This document shows, one piece after another, positions 53,502 through 62,704 of a stretch of DNA of 64,000 bases. The position numbers and the translations under genes were made by a program. Each line of letters opens with the position of its first letter. Within the stretch, counting starts at the first letter, position 1. The notes under the pieces are model-generated. The model searched no databases. It was given only the letters and a program-made list of their open reading frames with translations, and was not told the DNA's origin. This DNA comes from Chloroflexota bacterium (GTDB taxonomy: Bacteria; Chloroflexota; Dormibacteria; CF-121), in contig VBDZ01000008.1 of NCBI GenBank assembly GCA_005881215.1, positions 2,275 to 66,274 of the forward strand, given 5' to 3'.

Positions 53502-54820
53502 CAGGCCGCGAGCCGATCGGCCTGGTCGCTGCCGGCCGGGGCCAGGCTCCGGTCACCCAGCGGCCGGATGCACAGCAGGAGGGTGATGACGACCGCCAGG
53601 TAGTTGTCGTTGAAGAAGCGGGCAAAGAAGGTGAAGGCGAGCAGCAGGGCCGAGTAGCCCGCCATCCAGCGAGCGGCCGTCGGCCACCGGAGGAAGGCCC
53701 GCGCCCCGATCCACAGCACCGGGATCATCGCCGCCAGCTGGAAGACTCCGAAAGGAAAGGCGTCGGTTCGGTGGGCAACGAGATGGGTCTGGAAAAGGAA
53801 TTCGCCAAAACCGTAGCCGGCGATCGGATAGGCATCCGGGATGCCGCCGGCGGCGTACAGCACGGTGTCGGTCCAGAACGCCGACGGGTCGGCAAGGACA
53901 AACGGCGCCACGGTGGCCACCGGCACGATCGCGAGCGCCGCCACACTGAGCAGGACCTCGCGGATCGACCGGCTGTCGCGCCAGCGAAGGTAGAGCACCA
54001 GCAGCAGGAACGGCACCGCCACCCAGGCAAATGGCTTGAGCGCCGCGGCGACGCCCAGGGCGGCGGCGGCCAGCGTCGGGTGGCCGCGGGTGAGCAGGGC
54101 AAGACTCAGGAGCACCACCGCCAGGAACTCGATGTCGTTTCTGCCCGCCCACAGATACAGCGTGATCAGCGGGCTCAGGTAGACAGCGGTAAGCAGCATG
54201 ACGCGACGTTCGGCGTGGACCGGAAGGGCGGCGATGGCGCCCAGGCCGAGACAGGCGAAGGCGATCAGGACGATGCGGTAATCGAAGGGCAGGCCCAGCG
54301 CACCGGTCACCAGCCGGAAGGGAACGCCTACCAGCACCGTCAGGGGGTAGTACGCCATGTGGTGGAGAGCCGGGTTGCCGCCCGGGGTCAGGTCCCAGGG
54401 GAAGCTGGCCATCGGCGTGCTCGACCAGTCCACCCCATAGATCGGCCGGCCCGCGAGCAGGCGGTCGATCGCCGATTCGACTTGCAGCAAGCCGTCGTGC
54501 TCCATCGTCAACCCCATGCGCGGCCGTTGCACGATGCCGGTCAGGGTGGGGCCGATCGCCACCAGCACGCCCAACGACCCGACGCACCAGAGTTTTAACC
54601 GCCAGTGGCCGGCGACCCGGACGACCAACGCGAGCAGCGCGACGTAGGCCACCGTCACACTCAAAGGCAACCACCAGCCGAAATGCCCCCGGAGCATCCA
54701 CAGGACCAGCACCTGGAGACCACCGAGGACGCCAAGGTAGGCGGTCGGAGTCGTCAACCGGGCGGCCACCCGGGTCAGTGGACCCGCCGCTGGACCGCTC
54801 CGGCGTCGGGCGCCGGTCAT
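53501..54820 (-). CDS. DUF2029-like polytopic membrane protein (divergent member)
   Basis: 439 aa: EHDGLLQVESAIDRLLAGRPIYGVDW, HMAYYPLTV and ALKPFAW. Its stop overlaps the next ATG by 1 nt. Confidence 0.7.
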   Translation of the reverse strand: MTGARRRSGPAAGPLTRVAARLTTPTAYLGVLGGLQVLVLWMLRGHFGWWLPLSVTVAYVALLALVVRVAGHWRLKLWCVGSLGVLVAIGPTLTGIVQRPRMGLTMEHDGLLQVESAIDRLLAGRPIYGVDWSSTPMASFPWDLTPGGNPALHHMAYYPLTVLVGVPFRLVTGALGLPFDYRIVLIAFACLGLGAIAALPVHAERRVMLLTAVYLSPLITLYLWAGRNDIEFLAVVLLSLALLTRGHPTLAAAALGVAAALKPFAWVAVPFLLLVLYLRWRDSRSIREVLLSVAALAIVPVATVAPFVLADPSAFWTDTVLYAAGGIPDAYPIAGYGFGEFLFQTHLVAHRTDAFPFGVFQLAAMIPVLWIGARAFLRWPTAARWMAGYSALLLAFTFFARFFNDNYLAVVITLLLCIRPLGDRSLAPAGSDQADRLAA

Positions 54821-54878
54821 GACGACGGTGTAACGCCCGGTGTGAGGAACCCCTTCTGCCGGCCGTTATAGCTGGGTC

Positions 54879-56117
54879 GTGTCGACCCGTCCCTCCGCGG
54901 CCCGGGCAACACCGGCGACGCCCACCGTCGGGAGAATCCGGCTGGCCTTCGTCGCCCAGGCCGGCCTGGTCGGGTCAGCCGCCGCGATCTATGCCATCGT
55001 TCTCAGCCAGGCCGGTCCAATGCACCAGGACCTCGGCGCCTACCTGGCTGCGGCGCGGGCCATCTGGCACGGGCAGCCGCTCTATTCGACATTCCTGCAC
55101 CATCCCTTCCCTGACCCGACCCTGCGGCCGGCCTATATCTACCCGCCCGTTTTCGCGGTCCTGGTTGCCCCGCTCGGTCTGCTGTCCGACTTCGTTGCCG
55201 GCGTCGTCTGGTTGCTGATCGGGCAGGTGGCGTTGGCGGCGGCCCTGGTCATCGTCTTGCGTTCCTGCCGTCCGGCCTCCTGGGCCATCACCGCGGTGCT
55301 CTGCGCCACGCTGACCTTCTATCCGCTGTGGGTGGATGCCGCCCAGGGCCAGGCCAACCTGCTGGTCATGCTGCTCGTCACCATCGGGGTCGTCGGGATC
55401 GCGCAGGGCCGGCCTCGGGCCGCGGCCGCCCTCGGCGCGGCGGCGGCGTTGAAGCTGACCCCCGCCATCCTGCTGGTCTGGCTCCTGGTCGACCGCCGCG
55501 TTCGAGAAGGCGCCTGGATGGTGGCCGGCATGGCGGCCGTAACCGGCGTCGGCGCCCTGCTCCGCTTTCAAGACACCCTGGCGTTTTTCGGCCAGGTCGT
55601 GCCCGCCCTGGCATCGGGCACGGCGTATTACGCGAACCAGTCGCTCGCTGGGATCCTGCGCCGGGTCGTCACCCCGAACCCGTACACCCGGCCGTGGACC
55701 GTCTTCGGCTGGCCATTCCTGTTGCTGGCCGTGATCGCCATCGGCCTGACCGTCTGGTGGTTCTGGCGGACGCGCGGCCATTCATCGCTGGCTCGTTCGG
55801 CGGCCTTCATTCCGCTGCTGCCGCTGTTATCGGCGGTGACCTGGCCGCACCACCTCGTCATCCTGCTTCCCGTGATCTGGCTGAGCATCGTTGCGATTGC
55901 GGCCCGCGAGTGGCCGCTGGCGCCGACGCTGGTTCTGGCCGCGGTGCTGATCGTCTTCGACGTGGTCTCGCGCTGGCCGGTCAGGCCCGGCTTCAACCAG
56001 CCCGGGTTCAAGCTCGCCCAGACCGCCGATCCCGCCGTGTTCCTGGTCGCCAACTCGCTGTTCTTCGGGACCCTCATCCTGTTCCTGGCTTCGCCATGGC
56101 TGCTGCGCTCCCGCTGA
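54879..56117 (+). CDS. DUF2029/GT87-like membrane glycosyltransferase
   Basis: 412 aa, GTG start. Motifs HQDLGAYLAAARAIWHGQPLY, YIYPPVFAV and ALKLTP. Confidence 0.8.
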   Translation: MSTRPSAARATPATPTVGRIRLAFVAQAGLVGSAAAIYAIVLSQAGPMHQDLGAYLAAARAIWHGQPLYSTFLHHPFPDPTLRPAYIYPPVFAVLVAPLGLLSDFVAGVVWLLIGQVALAAALVIVLRSCRPASWAITAVLCATLTFYPLWVDAAQGQANLLVMLLVTIGVVGIAQGRPRAAAALGAAAALKLTPAILLVWLLVDRRVREGAWMVAGMAAVTGVGALLRFQDTLAFFGQVVPALASGTAYYANQSLAGILRRVVTPNPYTRPWTVFGWPFLLLAVIAIGLTVWWFWRTRGHSSLARSAAFIPLLPLLSAVTWPHHLVILLPVIWLSIVAIAAREWPLAPTLVLAAVLIVFDVVSRWPVRPGFNQPGFKLAQTADPAVFLVANSLFFGTLILFLASPWLLRSR

Positions 56118-57724
56118 TTCGGCCGGTGCCGCCACCGTCGGCGCGGCCTCGGCACGCCCCGCGCTTCGCGCTGGTCTTCGCGATCGCGGTTGCCATCGCC
56201 TCGCTGGTTCCCTACCTGCTCGCCTACCTGTGGACGCCGCCCGGTCATCACTTCGCCGGTTTCTTCTTCATCGCCGACGACGCCACCACCTACCTGGCGA
56301 AGATGCGCCAGGGCGCGCAGGGATCCTGGTTGTGGAACGACCCCTACACCAGCGAGGCGCACGGCGGCGTCTTTCTGTTCGGCTTCTACCTGCTGTTCGG
56401 CCAGCTGGCGGGCCTGCTGCATCTGCCCCTCATCGCCGCCTATCACCTCGCCCGGGTGTCGGGAGCGATCGCGCTCGTGCTGTCGGCCGATCGGCTCTGC
56501 CGCCGCCTGCTCGCGCCCGAGCTTCGCCGGCTGGCGCTGGCGCTCGTGATCCTGGGATCTGGCGTCGGCGTCCTCGCCCAGGTCGCCGGCAATCCCTCCA
56601 TCTTCGGCAGCAAGCTCGAGGCGCTCGACCTCCACCTCCCCGAGCTGAGCGGCTGGTACTCCATCCTGGCGATCCCGCATTTCGCCTGGGCCACCGCGCT
56701 GATCATCGTCGCGCTGCTCGGCCTGCTCGAGATCGCCGACCGGCCGCGCTGGCAGTCCCTGGCGGTGACGTCGATGGCGTTGATCGCGCTGACGGCCATC
56801 CATCCGCAGATGATCCCGGTGCTCGGCATCATCTGGTGCGCCTACCAGGCGGTGCTGGCCTGGTGGGGGCGGCGGCCGGGGTGGCGGGCGCTGGCGGCAC
56901 AGACCGTTCCCTTCGTCGCCACCATTCCGCTGCTCGCCTACAACGCCTGGATCCTCTTTCGCGATCCAACCATCGCCGAGTGGGCGCGCCAGTGGCGACA
57001 CCAGGCGCCCGGGCCACTCAGCCTGGGGCTGAGCCTCGGCCTGCCGCTGCTGCTGGGCATCGCGGGGATGGTACTCGCCTGGCGCCGCCGCGACCAGGGG
57101 CTGGCGCTGCTGATGGTCTGGCCGCCGCTGGTGTTCCTGTTGCTCTACCTGCCCAACGTCGCGAACATCCAGCGCCGCCTGCTGGATGCCCTCTACGTCC
57201 CGCTCGGCATCCTGGCGGCGGTCGGGCTGCAGGCGCTGGTCCACCGGTTCAACCCGGTCCAGGCTCGCCGCATCAAAGCCGCTCTGCTCACTGTCTGCTG
57301 CCTCTCATCGGCGATCGTGCTGGCCATCGCGCTGCGCTTCGCCTCGGGCGCGTTTGCTGAGGCGTACATCAGCAACGACGCCTGGCACGCGATGCAGTGG
57401 CTCTCGGCCCATCACCAGCCGGCAGACCGCGCCCTTTCCTCGCCGCAGGCCGGGCAGCTGCTGCCCGCCTGGTCGGGCGTCAGCGTCTACGTGGGGCACT
57501 ACAGCGAGACGCTGAATTATTTCCAGAAGCTCCGCAACGAGGCCGCGGTGCTGCGGTCGGATGCCGCGGCGTCGACCGTGCGGTCGTTTCTTTCGGCCAA
57601 TGGCGTCACCCTGCTCTACTGGGGGCCCGACGAGGCAGCCACCGGCTTCCAGCCCCAGCTCCAACCCTACCTCGAGCCGGTGCACCGGGATGGCAGCGTC
57701 ACGATCTACCGGGTGCTGCCCTAG
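56096..57724 (+). CDS. GT-C-like polytopic membrane protein, family 2 (ArnT/PMT-like)
   Basis: In ORF 55328..57724, starting at ATG 56096 (or GTG 56126). FAGFFFIADDATTYLAKMRQGAQGSWLWNDPYTSE. The C-terminal soluble domain ends HRDGSVTIYRVLP. Confidence 0.8.
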   Translation: MAAALPLIRPVPPPSARPRHAPRFALVFAIAVAIASLVPYLLAYLWTPPGHHFAGFFFIADDATTYLAKMRQGAQGSWLWNDPYTSEAHGGVFLFGFYLLFGQLAGLLHLPLIAAYHLARVSGAIALVLSADRLCRRLLAPELRRLALALVILGSGVGVLAQVAGNPSIFGSKLEALDLHLPELSGWYSILAIPHFAWATALIIVALLGLLEIADRPRWQSLAVTSMALIALTAIHPQMIPVLGIIWCAYQAVLAWWGRRPGWRALAAQTVPFVATIPLLAYNAWILFRDPTIAEWARQWRHQAPGPLSLGLSLGLPLLLGIAGMVLAWRRRDQGLALLMVWPPLVFLLLYLPNVANIQRRLLDALYVPLGILAAVGLQALVHRFNPVQARRIKAALLTVCCLSSAIVLAIALRFASGAFAEAYISNDAWHAMQWLSAHHQPADRALSSPQAGQLLPAWSGVSVYVGHYSETLNYFQKLRNEAAVLRSDAAASTVRSFLSANGVTLLYWGPDEAATGFQPQLQPYLEPVHRDGSVTIYRVLP

Positions 57725-57749
57725 CGCCGCATCATCTATTACGGTCGAG

Positions 57750-58511
57750 CTAGGCCGACGCGCGTCGCTCGCCCGCTTTGTTGACGCCCGGGGTCGGGTG
57801 CGCGCGGACCCGATTCGGGATGGCGAGCAATTCGAGGAACATCGTGGCGGAGTGCCGGATCGGATGGACCCGGCTCTGCGGCGAGTTGATCCAGCGGGTC
57901 GGCACCTCGACGATCCGGTAGCCCGCCCGCTTCGCCCGGTAGAGCACCTCGACGTCGAAGCCGAAGCCGCGGGTCTGCAGCGAAGGAAAGACTCGCTCCG
58001 CGACTTCCGCCGTGAAGGCTTTGAAGCCGCACTGGGTGTCGGCGACGCCGCCGAAGACGAAGATCCGCACCAGCCGGTTGAAGATCTTCCCCATCGTCTC
58101 CCGGTACCAGGGCTGGTGCAGCTCGACCTGCGAATCGCGCAGCCCGCGGGAGGCGATCGCCACCCCCGCCCCGCCGCGGAGCGGCCGCAGCAGCTTTTCC
58201 AGGTCGTCGATGGGCACGCTGAGGTCGGCATCGCTGAAGACCCGGAAGCGACCGCGGGCGGCCGCCATGCCGAGTCGCACCGCAGCCCCCTTGCCGCCGT
58301 TGCGCTCGGCCGCGACCAGCCGCAGCTGGGGCCAGCGCGCCGCGCGCTGGCGAACGATCTCCGCGGTACCGTCCCGGCTCCCGTCGTCGACCACGATCAC
58401 CTCGGCCGGGGTGCCGGTCGTGGCCAGATAACGCTCGACCCGGTCGAACGTCGCCGGCAGCCGGAGCGCCTCGTTGTACGCCGGAATGATGATCGAGATT
58501 TCCGGCGTCAT
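57750..58511 (-). CDS. GT2 family, Dpm1/ALG5-like polyprenyl-phosphate glycosyltransferase
   Basis: 253 aa: ISIIIPAYNE, VVDDGSRDGT, NGGKGAAV, FSDADLS. The ATG overlaps the upstream stop (ATGA). Confidence 0.85.
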   Translation of the reverse strand: MTPEISIIIPAYNEALRLPATFDRVERYLATTGTPAEVIVVDDGSRDGTAEIVRQRAARWPQLRLVAAERNGGKGAAVRLGMAAARGRFRVFSDADLSVPIDDLEKLLRPLRGGAGVAIASRGLRDSQVELHQPWYRETMGKIFNRLVRIFVFGGVADTQCGFKAFTAEVAERVFPSLQTRGFGFDVEVLYRAKRAGYRIVEVPTRWINSPQSRVHPIRHSATMFLELLAIPNRVRAHPTPGVNKAGERRASA

Positions 58512-59230
58512 GCGGCGTTCTCCACTTTGCGCATCTCGGCGCGGAAGGCGAACAACTCTCCGAACGCTCGCAGCACCACCCGCGGGTTGGCACCCGTCTG
58601 CTTCCCGGATCGGCGTGGGTAGTGATGCACCGGGACTTCCACCACCCGGGCGTGCATCTGGCGGGCCAGCACCAGCAGCTCGGTGTTGACCAGGGCGCCT
58701 TCGGCATGCAGCACCATGCCGGTGAGCAGGTCACGGCGGATCAGCTTGAAGGCGCAGTTCACGTCCCGGACCAGCCGGCCGAACAGCAGGCGGACCAGGG
58801 TGAAGAATGCCCAGGCATTGAGTCGGCGGGTCAAGGGATCGCGCCGGTGCCGGCGGTAGCCGGCCACGATGTCCGCCTCCGCCGCCCGCGCCAGCAGCAG
58901 GCCGATCTCCGCCGGGTCGAACTGGTTGTCGGCATCCATCAGGAAGACCCAGGGCAGGCGGGCCGCGTCGAATCCCGATCGGACGGCGGCACCATAGCCG
59001 CGATTGACCGGGTGGCGGACCACCCGAAGGTTGGAGTGCACCACCTTCAGCCGCTCCAGCACCGCCGGCGTGTCGTCGCGGCTGCCGTCGTCGACCACGA
59101 TGATCTCGAAGCTGCGAGCCTGAGCGGCCAGCGCCTCGGCGGTGCGGCCGACCGCTTGCTTCAGGTTGGTGGCCTCGTTGAAGGCGGGCATGACGGCGCT
59201 GATGTCCATCGACGGCGCAACCCGTCTCAT
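58508..59230 (-). CDS. GT2 family, Ppm1/Dpm1-like polyprenyl-phosphate glycosyltransferase
   Basis: 240 aa: ISAVMPAFNE, VVDDGSRDDT, NRGYGAAVRSG, LMDADNQFD. The ATG overlaps the upstream stop (ATGA). Confidence 0.85.
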   Translation of the reverse strand: MRRVAPSMDISAVMPAFNEATNLKQAVGRTAEALAAQARSFEIIVVDDGSRDDTPAVLERLKVVHSNLRVVRHPVNRGYGAAVRSGFDAARLPWVFLMDADNQFDPAEIGLLLARAAEADIVAGYRRHRRDPLTRRLNAWAFFTLVRLLFGRLVRDVNCAFKLIRRDLLTGMVLHAEGALVNTELLVLARQMHARVVEVPVHHYPRRSGKQTGANPRVVLRAFGELFAFRAEMRKVENAA

Positions 59231-60768
59231 GGTTGGAAGCCTACTCGCGTGAACACCGTCGCCACCCCGTCCCGGGTCATCAGCCGCCAGCCGGGATCAC
59301 GCTGCAGCAAACCGACCAGCGGATGGGCGCTGGGCACGACGATCGCATCGGGATTGGCCCGGGCGATCACGGCCGGCCAGCCCTCGGCCAGGTAGCTCAC
59401 CTGGAGGTACTCGCTGAAGATCCGCGAGCCGTAGACCTCGACCCGGCCGTCGATGAAGACCCGTCCGCCGCCGGGGTACAGGCGCCAGACGAGGTAGCCG
59501 CCGTAGTCGTAGTAGTTGAAGATCCGCAGCGGCCGGCCGATTCGCTCCAGCGCCGCGGTCGATTCCACCGGCAGCACCACCCTGATGGCGGCCGCCTGGT
59601 TGGCGGGTTGCAGGTTGGGCAGCGCGCGGTAGCCCAGCATGCCGGCGCCGACCGCCAGCAGGAGGGCCAGGTTGATGGCGCCGAGCGCCACGCCCGGCCC
59701 GGCGGGCCGAGCCGGCGACCAGCGGAATGCCGCCGCGCTCATCGACCGCTGGGCCACCGGCGCCAGTTCGCCCGCGAGCTCGAGCAGCGCCTGGGCGCAG
59801 CGGCCGGCCAGCGGCGCGGCGCCCAGGATGAAGAGCGGCACGTTCCGTTGGGAGGCCAGCCCCAGGTAGAGCAGGGCGAAGGCCAGCAGCCATTCACTCG
59901 TCCGGGCGGTCACCCGGCGGGTCGCCAGCCCGGCAAGCAGCAGGAAGAGAAAGACCTCGAGCATCAGCCCCGCGGTGGAGTGGAAATCCGGCGAGGCCCA
60001 CTCCTGGATGTTGTTCTGGATCAAGGGCGAGGTCAGGGTGCCCAATGGGAAGAGGACCGTCTGGATGCCAAAGGGGTTGACGAGGGCGAGCGCTGTGGCG
60101 GCGGCGACCGCCAGGCCCAATGCGCGGATCCGCCGCAGCGGCATCGGGGCGGCGCGGTGAAGCCAGGCGTCGAGGCCTTCGCCGGCGACGAACAACAGGC
60201 TGATGATCACGCCGACCAGGAAACCCGAGTGCAGGTTGGCCCAGAGCCAGATGAAGGGCGGGAGCATCCACGCCCGCAGGTGACGGTCGCGATAGCGGGC
60301 CAGCCCGACCAGCAGCACGCCGGTGAAGAGCAGGTTGAGCAATTGCGGGCGCGCCCCCCAGGCGGTCGAACCGGCGAGCGCCCCGACGAGCGTGAGCCCC
60401 ACCGCGGCGCTCGGGTTAAGGCCGGTCCGCCGGAGCAGGTGATAGAGGCAGAGCGCGGCCCCCGTCACCGCGAGGGCCGCGATCGCGACCAGCAGCGGCA
60501 GGCCGCCGAGCTGGTAGAGGCCGTACATGCCGAGATCGGCGAGCCACTCATGCATCACCCACGGTTGGCCGGCGGCGCTGAACGAATAGACGTCGACGTG
60601 CGGAATCGACGCCGTGGTCAGGATCAGCCGCCCGTTGGCGAGATGCCACCAGAGGTCGGGATCGAGCGGCGGGACTGCGGCGAGGCTGAAGATCGCCACG
60701 AACAGCAGGCCGCGCAGCACCAGGGCACTGGTCAACCGGCGCAGCAAGCCGGCCAGGGCAGGCATCAT
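59227..60768 (-). CDS. GT-C-like polytopic membrane protein, family 1 (paralogue of 46628..48262)
   Basis: 513 aa. After TM1 it has DPDLWWHLANGRLIL (from 60663). YYDYGGYLVWRL (59491-59514 encodes YYDYGGYL) lies at the start of the C-terminal soluble domain. Confidence 0.8.
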   Translation of the reverse strand: MMPALAGLLRRLTSALVLRGLLFVAIFSLAAVPPLDPDLWWHLANGRLILTTASIPHVDVYSFSAAGQPWVMHEWLADLGMYGLYQLGGLPLLVAIAALAVTGAALCLYHLLRRTGLNPSAAVGLTLVGALAGSTAWGARPQLLNLLFTGVLLVGLARYRDRHLRAWMLPPFIWLWANLHSGFLVGVIISLLFVAGEGLDAWLHRAAPMPLRRIRALGLAVAAATALALVNPFGIQTVLFPLGTLTSPLIQNNIQEWASPDFHSTAGLMLEVFLFLLLAGLATRRVTARTSEWLLAFALLYLGLASQRNVPLFILGAAPLAGRCAQALLELAGELAPVAQRSMSAAAFRWSPARPAGPGVALGAINLALLLAVGAGMLGYRALPNLQPANQAAAIRVVLPVESTAALERIGRPLRIFNYYDYGGYLVWRLYPGGGRVFIDGRVEVYGSRIFSEYLQVSYLAEGWPAVIARANPDAIVVPSAHPLVGLLQRDPGWRLMTRDGVATVFTRVGFQP

Positions 60769-60807
60769 CGTTGTAACGGCCGGGTCACGGACATCCTTCG
60801 TGGGTGG

Positions 60808-61530
60808 TTAGCGAGGCTCGCGTAAGACGCGCAGCACGAAGCGCGGCAGGGCCAGCATCCGCCGCCAGCGCCACGGCTCCCGGCCCAGCCGGTGCAGCCA
60901 CTCGAGCCCGTGCTCACGCATCCAGGGCGGCGCCCGCCGCGACCGCCCGGAGATGAAGTCGAAGGCACCCCCCACGCCCATGCCGACGATCGCGCCGGAG
61001 CCGGCCAGGTTGCGCGCCAGCCAGGCTTCCTCGGCGGCGGCGCCGTAGGCGAGGAAGAGCAGCTGGGCGCCACTCGAGCGAATCGCCTGGGTGATCCCCG
61101 CATCGTTGAACCGGTCGGGCGACCCCGCGTCGGTCCCGGCAAGCTGAAAGCCGGGGAATCGCTCCCGCAACGCCGCGCCCGCTGCCTCGGCGACCCCCGG
61201 CGCGCCGCCGAGGAAAAAGAATCGCCAGCCCTCGCTTCCGCCCCGCGCGGCCAGCGATTGGAGCAGGTCAACCCCGGCCACCCGGCCGGGCAGAGGATGG
61301 CGGATCCGGCGGGCCGCCCACAGCACGCCGGCGCCGTCGGCCAGCGCCAGGTCCGCGCGCGCAAGCACGGCGGCAAACTCCGGATCGCGGGCGGCCCGCA
61401 TGATCCGTTCGGGGTTCACGCTGATGATCAATCGCGGCCGACGTTCCGCGATCGCCCGGGTCACCCAGTCCACCGCCTCGGCTTCTGTCATCGGGTCGAT
61501 CGGGACCCCGAGGAGGGTGAAACGGGTCAC
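60808..61530 (-). CDS. WecB/TagA/CpsF family glycosyltransferase (GT26)
   Basis: In ORF 60808..61767. GTG 61530 overlaps the upstream stop (GTGA). VTRFTLLGVPIDPMTEAEAVDW..., GVDLLQSL, FFLGGAPGVAE. Confidence 0.85.
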   Translation of the reverse strand: MTRFTLLGVPIDPMTEAEAVDWVTRAIAERRPRLIISVNPERIMRAARDPEFAAVLARADLALADGAGVLWAARRIRHPLPGRVAGVDLLQSLAARGGSEGWRFFFLGGAPGVAEAAGAALRERFPGFQLAGTDAGSPDRFNDAGITQAIRSSGAQLLFLAYGAAAEEAWLARNLAGSGAIVGMGVGGAFDFISGRSRRAPPWMREHGLEWLHRLGREPWRWRRMLALPRFVLRVLREPR

Positions 61531-62666
61531 GCCGCGAGTGCCTGCCGGTAGACCTCCGCGGTCTCGCGCCCCAGGCGCTCGACACTGAACGCCGTCGATC
61601 GTTTCAGCCCGGCCTCGCGCAGCCGGCGCTGCTCGTTGTCGAATCGAAGGAGTCGCTCTATCGCCTGGGTGAGTTCTTCCACGCTTTCGGTGCGGAGCAC
61701 CACGCCGGCCTGGTCGACCAGTTCGACCAGCGCGTCCGCCGACGACACGATCACCGGCGCTCCGCACGACATCGCTTCCAGAACCGGGAGGCCAAAGCCC
61801 TCGTAACGCGAGGGATAGCTGAAGACGGCGGCGCCGCTATAGATCGCGGGCAGGACGTCTCGCGGCACGTAGTCGAGCGCGATCACATGTCCGCGTGGTC
61901 CGGGCAGCCGCAGCTGTCGGGCGAGACGTTCGGCCCCGCGGTTGACGCGGCCCACGAAGACGAGCGCCGAATCGTCGGCCAGGTCGGGAGGCAGCAGCTC
62001 GTAGGCCGAGCGCAGCCGTGGCAGGTCCTTGCGCGGGTCGACGGTGCCGACATAGAGGACGTAGCGCTCGGGAAGACCGTACTGCTTGCGGACAGTCGCG
62101 ATCTCTTCCGCCGGTCGCGGCGTGAAGATGGCGTCGGCGCAGAGGGGGACATAGCTGACCCGCTCCGGCGCGATATGGTACAGGTCGATGACCTGGCGGC
62201 AGACCGCTTTCGAGGAGACCATCACCCGGCGTGCCCGGCGAATACTCGGCGGGCCAAGGGTCCCGAAGTACCAGCGGGCCCGTGGATGCATGTCTTCGGG
62301 ACGAGCCCGATAGGCGAGGTCGGGCACGGTCAGCACCAGCGGTGCGGCATTGAGCAGCGGCGCCACCCCGAGCACCGAATGCAGCAGGCGCAGCGATTGA
62401 GGATAGGCGCCAAACCGCCAGGGCAGCGACCATTGTTCGCGGCCAAGCCGCAAGCCACGCGGCACCTTCGCGAAGGGCACCAGCCGATGACCGCGGGCCG
62501 CGTCGCCCAGTTCGGACATTACGTCGGCGGGAACGAGCACGTCAACCGAGACGCCGACCGCGCGCAAGCCGCGCAGGATATGCAGCGCGTGATGCTCGAG
62601 GCCGGTGAAGGGTTGCGCCGCAAACAGCAGATCGACCGCAATCCCTTCGGCGGCGACATTCGACAC
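61527..62666 (-). CDS. GT4 family (GT-B) glycosyltransferase
   Basis: 379 aa, with the E-x7-E region PSRYEGFGLPVLEAMSCGAPVIVS. Confidence 0.88.
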   Translation of the reverse strand: MSNVAAEGIAVDLLFAAQPFTGLEHHALHILRGLRAVGVSVDVLVPADVMSELGDAARGHRLVPFAKVPRGLRLGREQWSLPWRFGAYPQSLRLLHSVLGVAPLLNAAPLVLTVPDLAYRARPEDMHPRARWYFGTLGPPSIRRARRVMVSSKAVCRQVIDLYHIAPERVSYVPLCADAIFTPRPAEEIATVRKQYGLPERYVLYVGTVDPRKDLPRLRSAYELLPPDLADDSALVFVGRVNRGAERLARQLRLPGPRGHVIALDYVPRDVLPAIYSGAAVFSYPSRYEGFGLPVLEAMSCGAPVIVSSADALVELVDQAGVVLRTESVEELTQAIERLLRFDNEQRRLREAGLKRSTAFSVERLGRETAEVYRQALAA

Positions 62667-62704
62667 GTCGCGGATGCTAGCGGAACCCTAGGGCCTCGGG
62701 CCGC

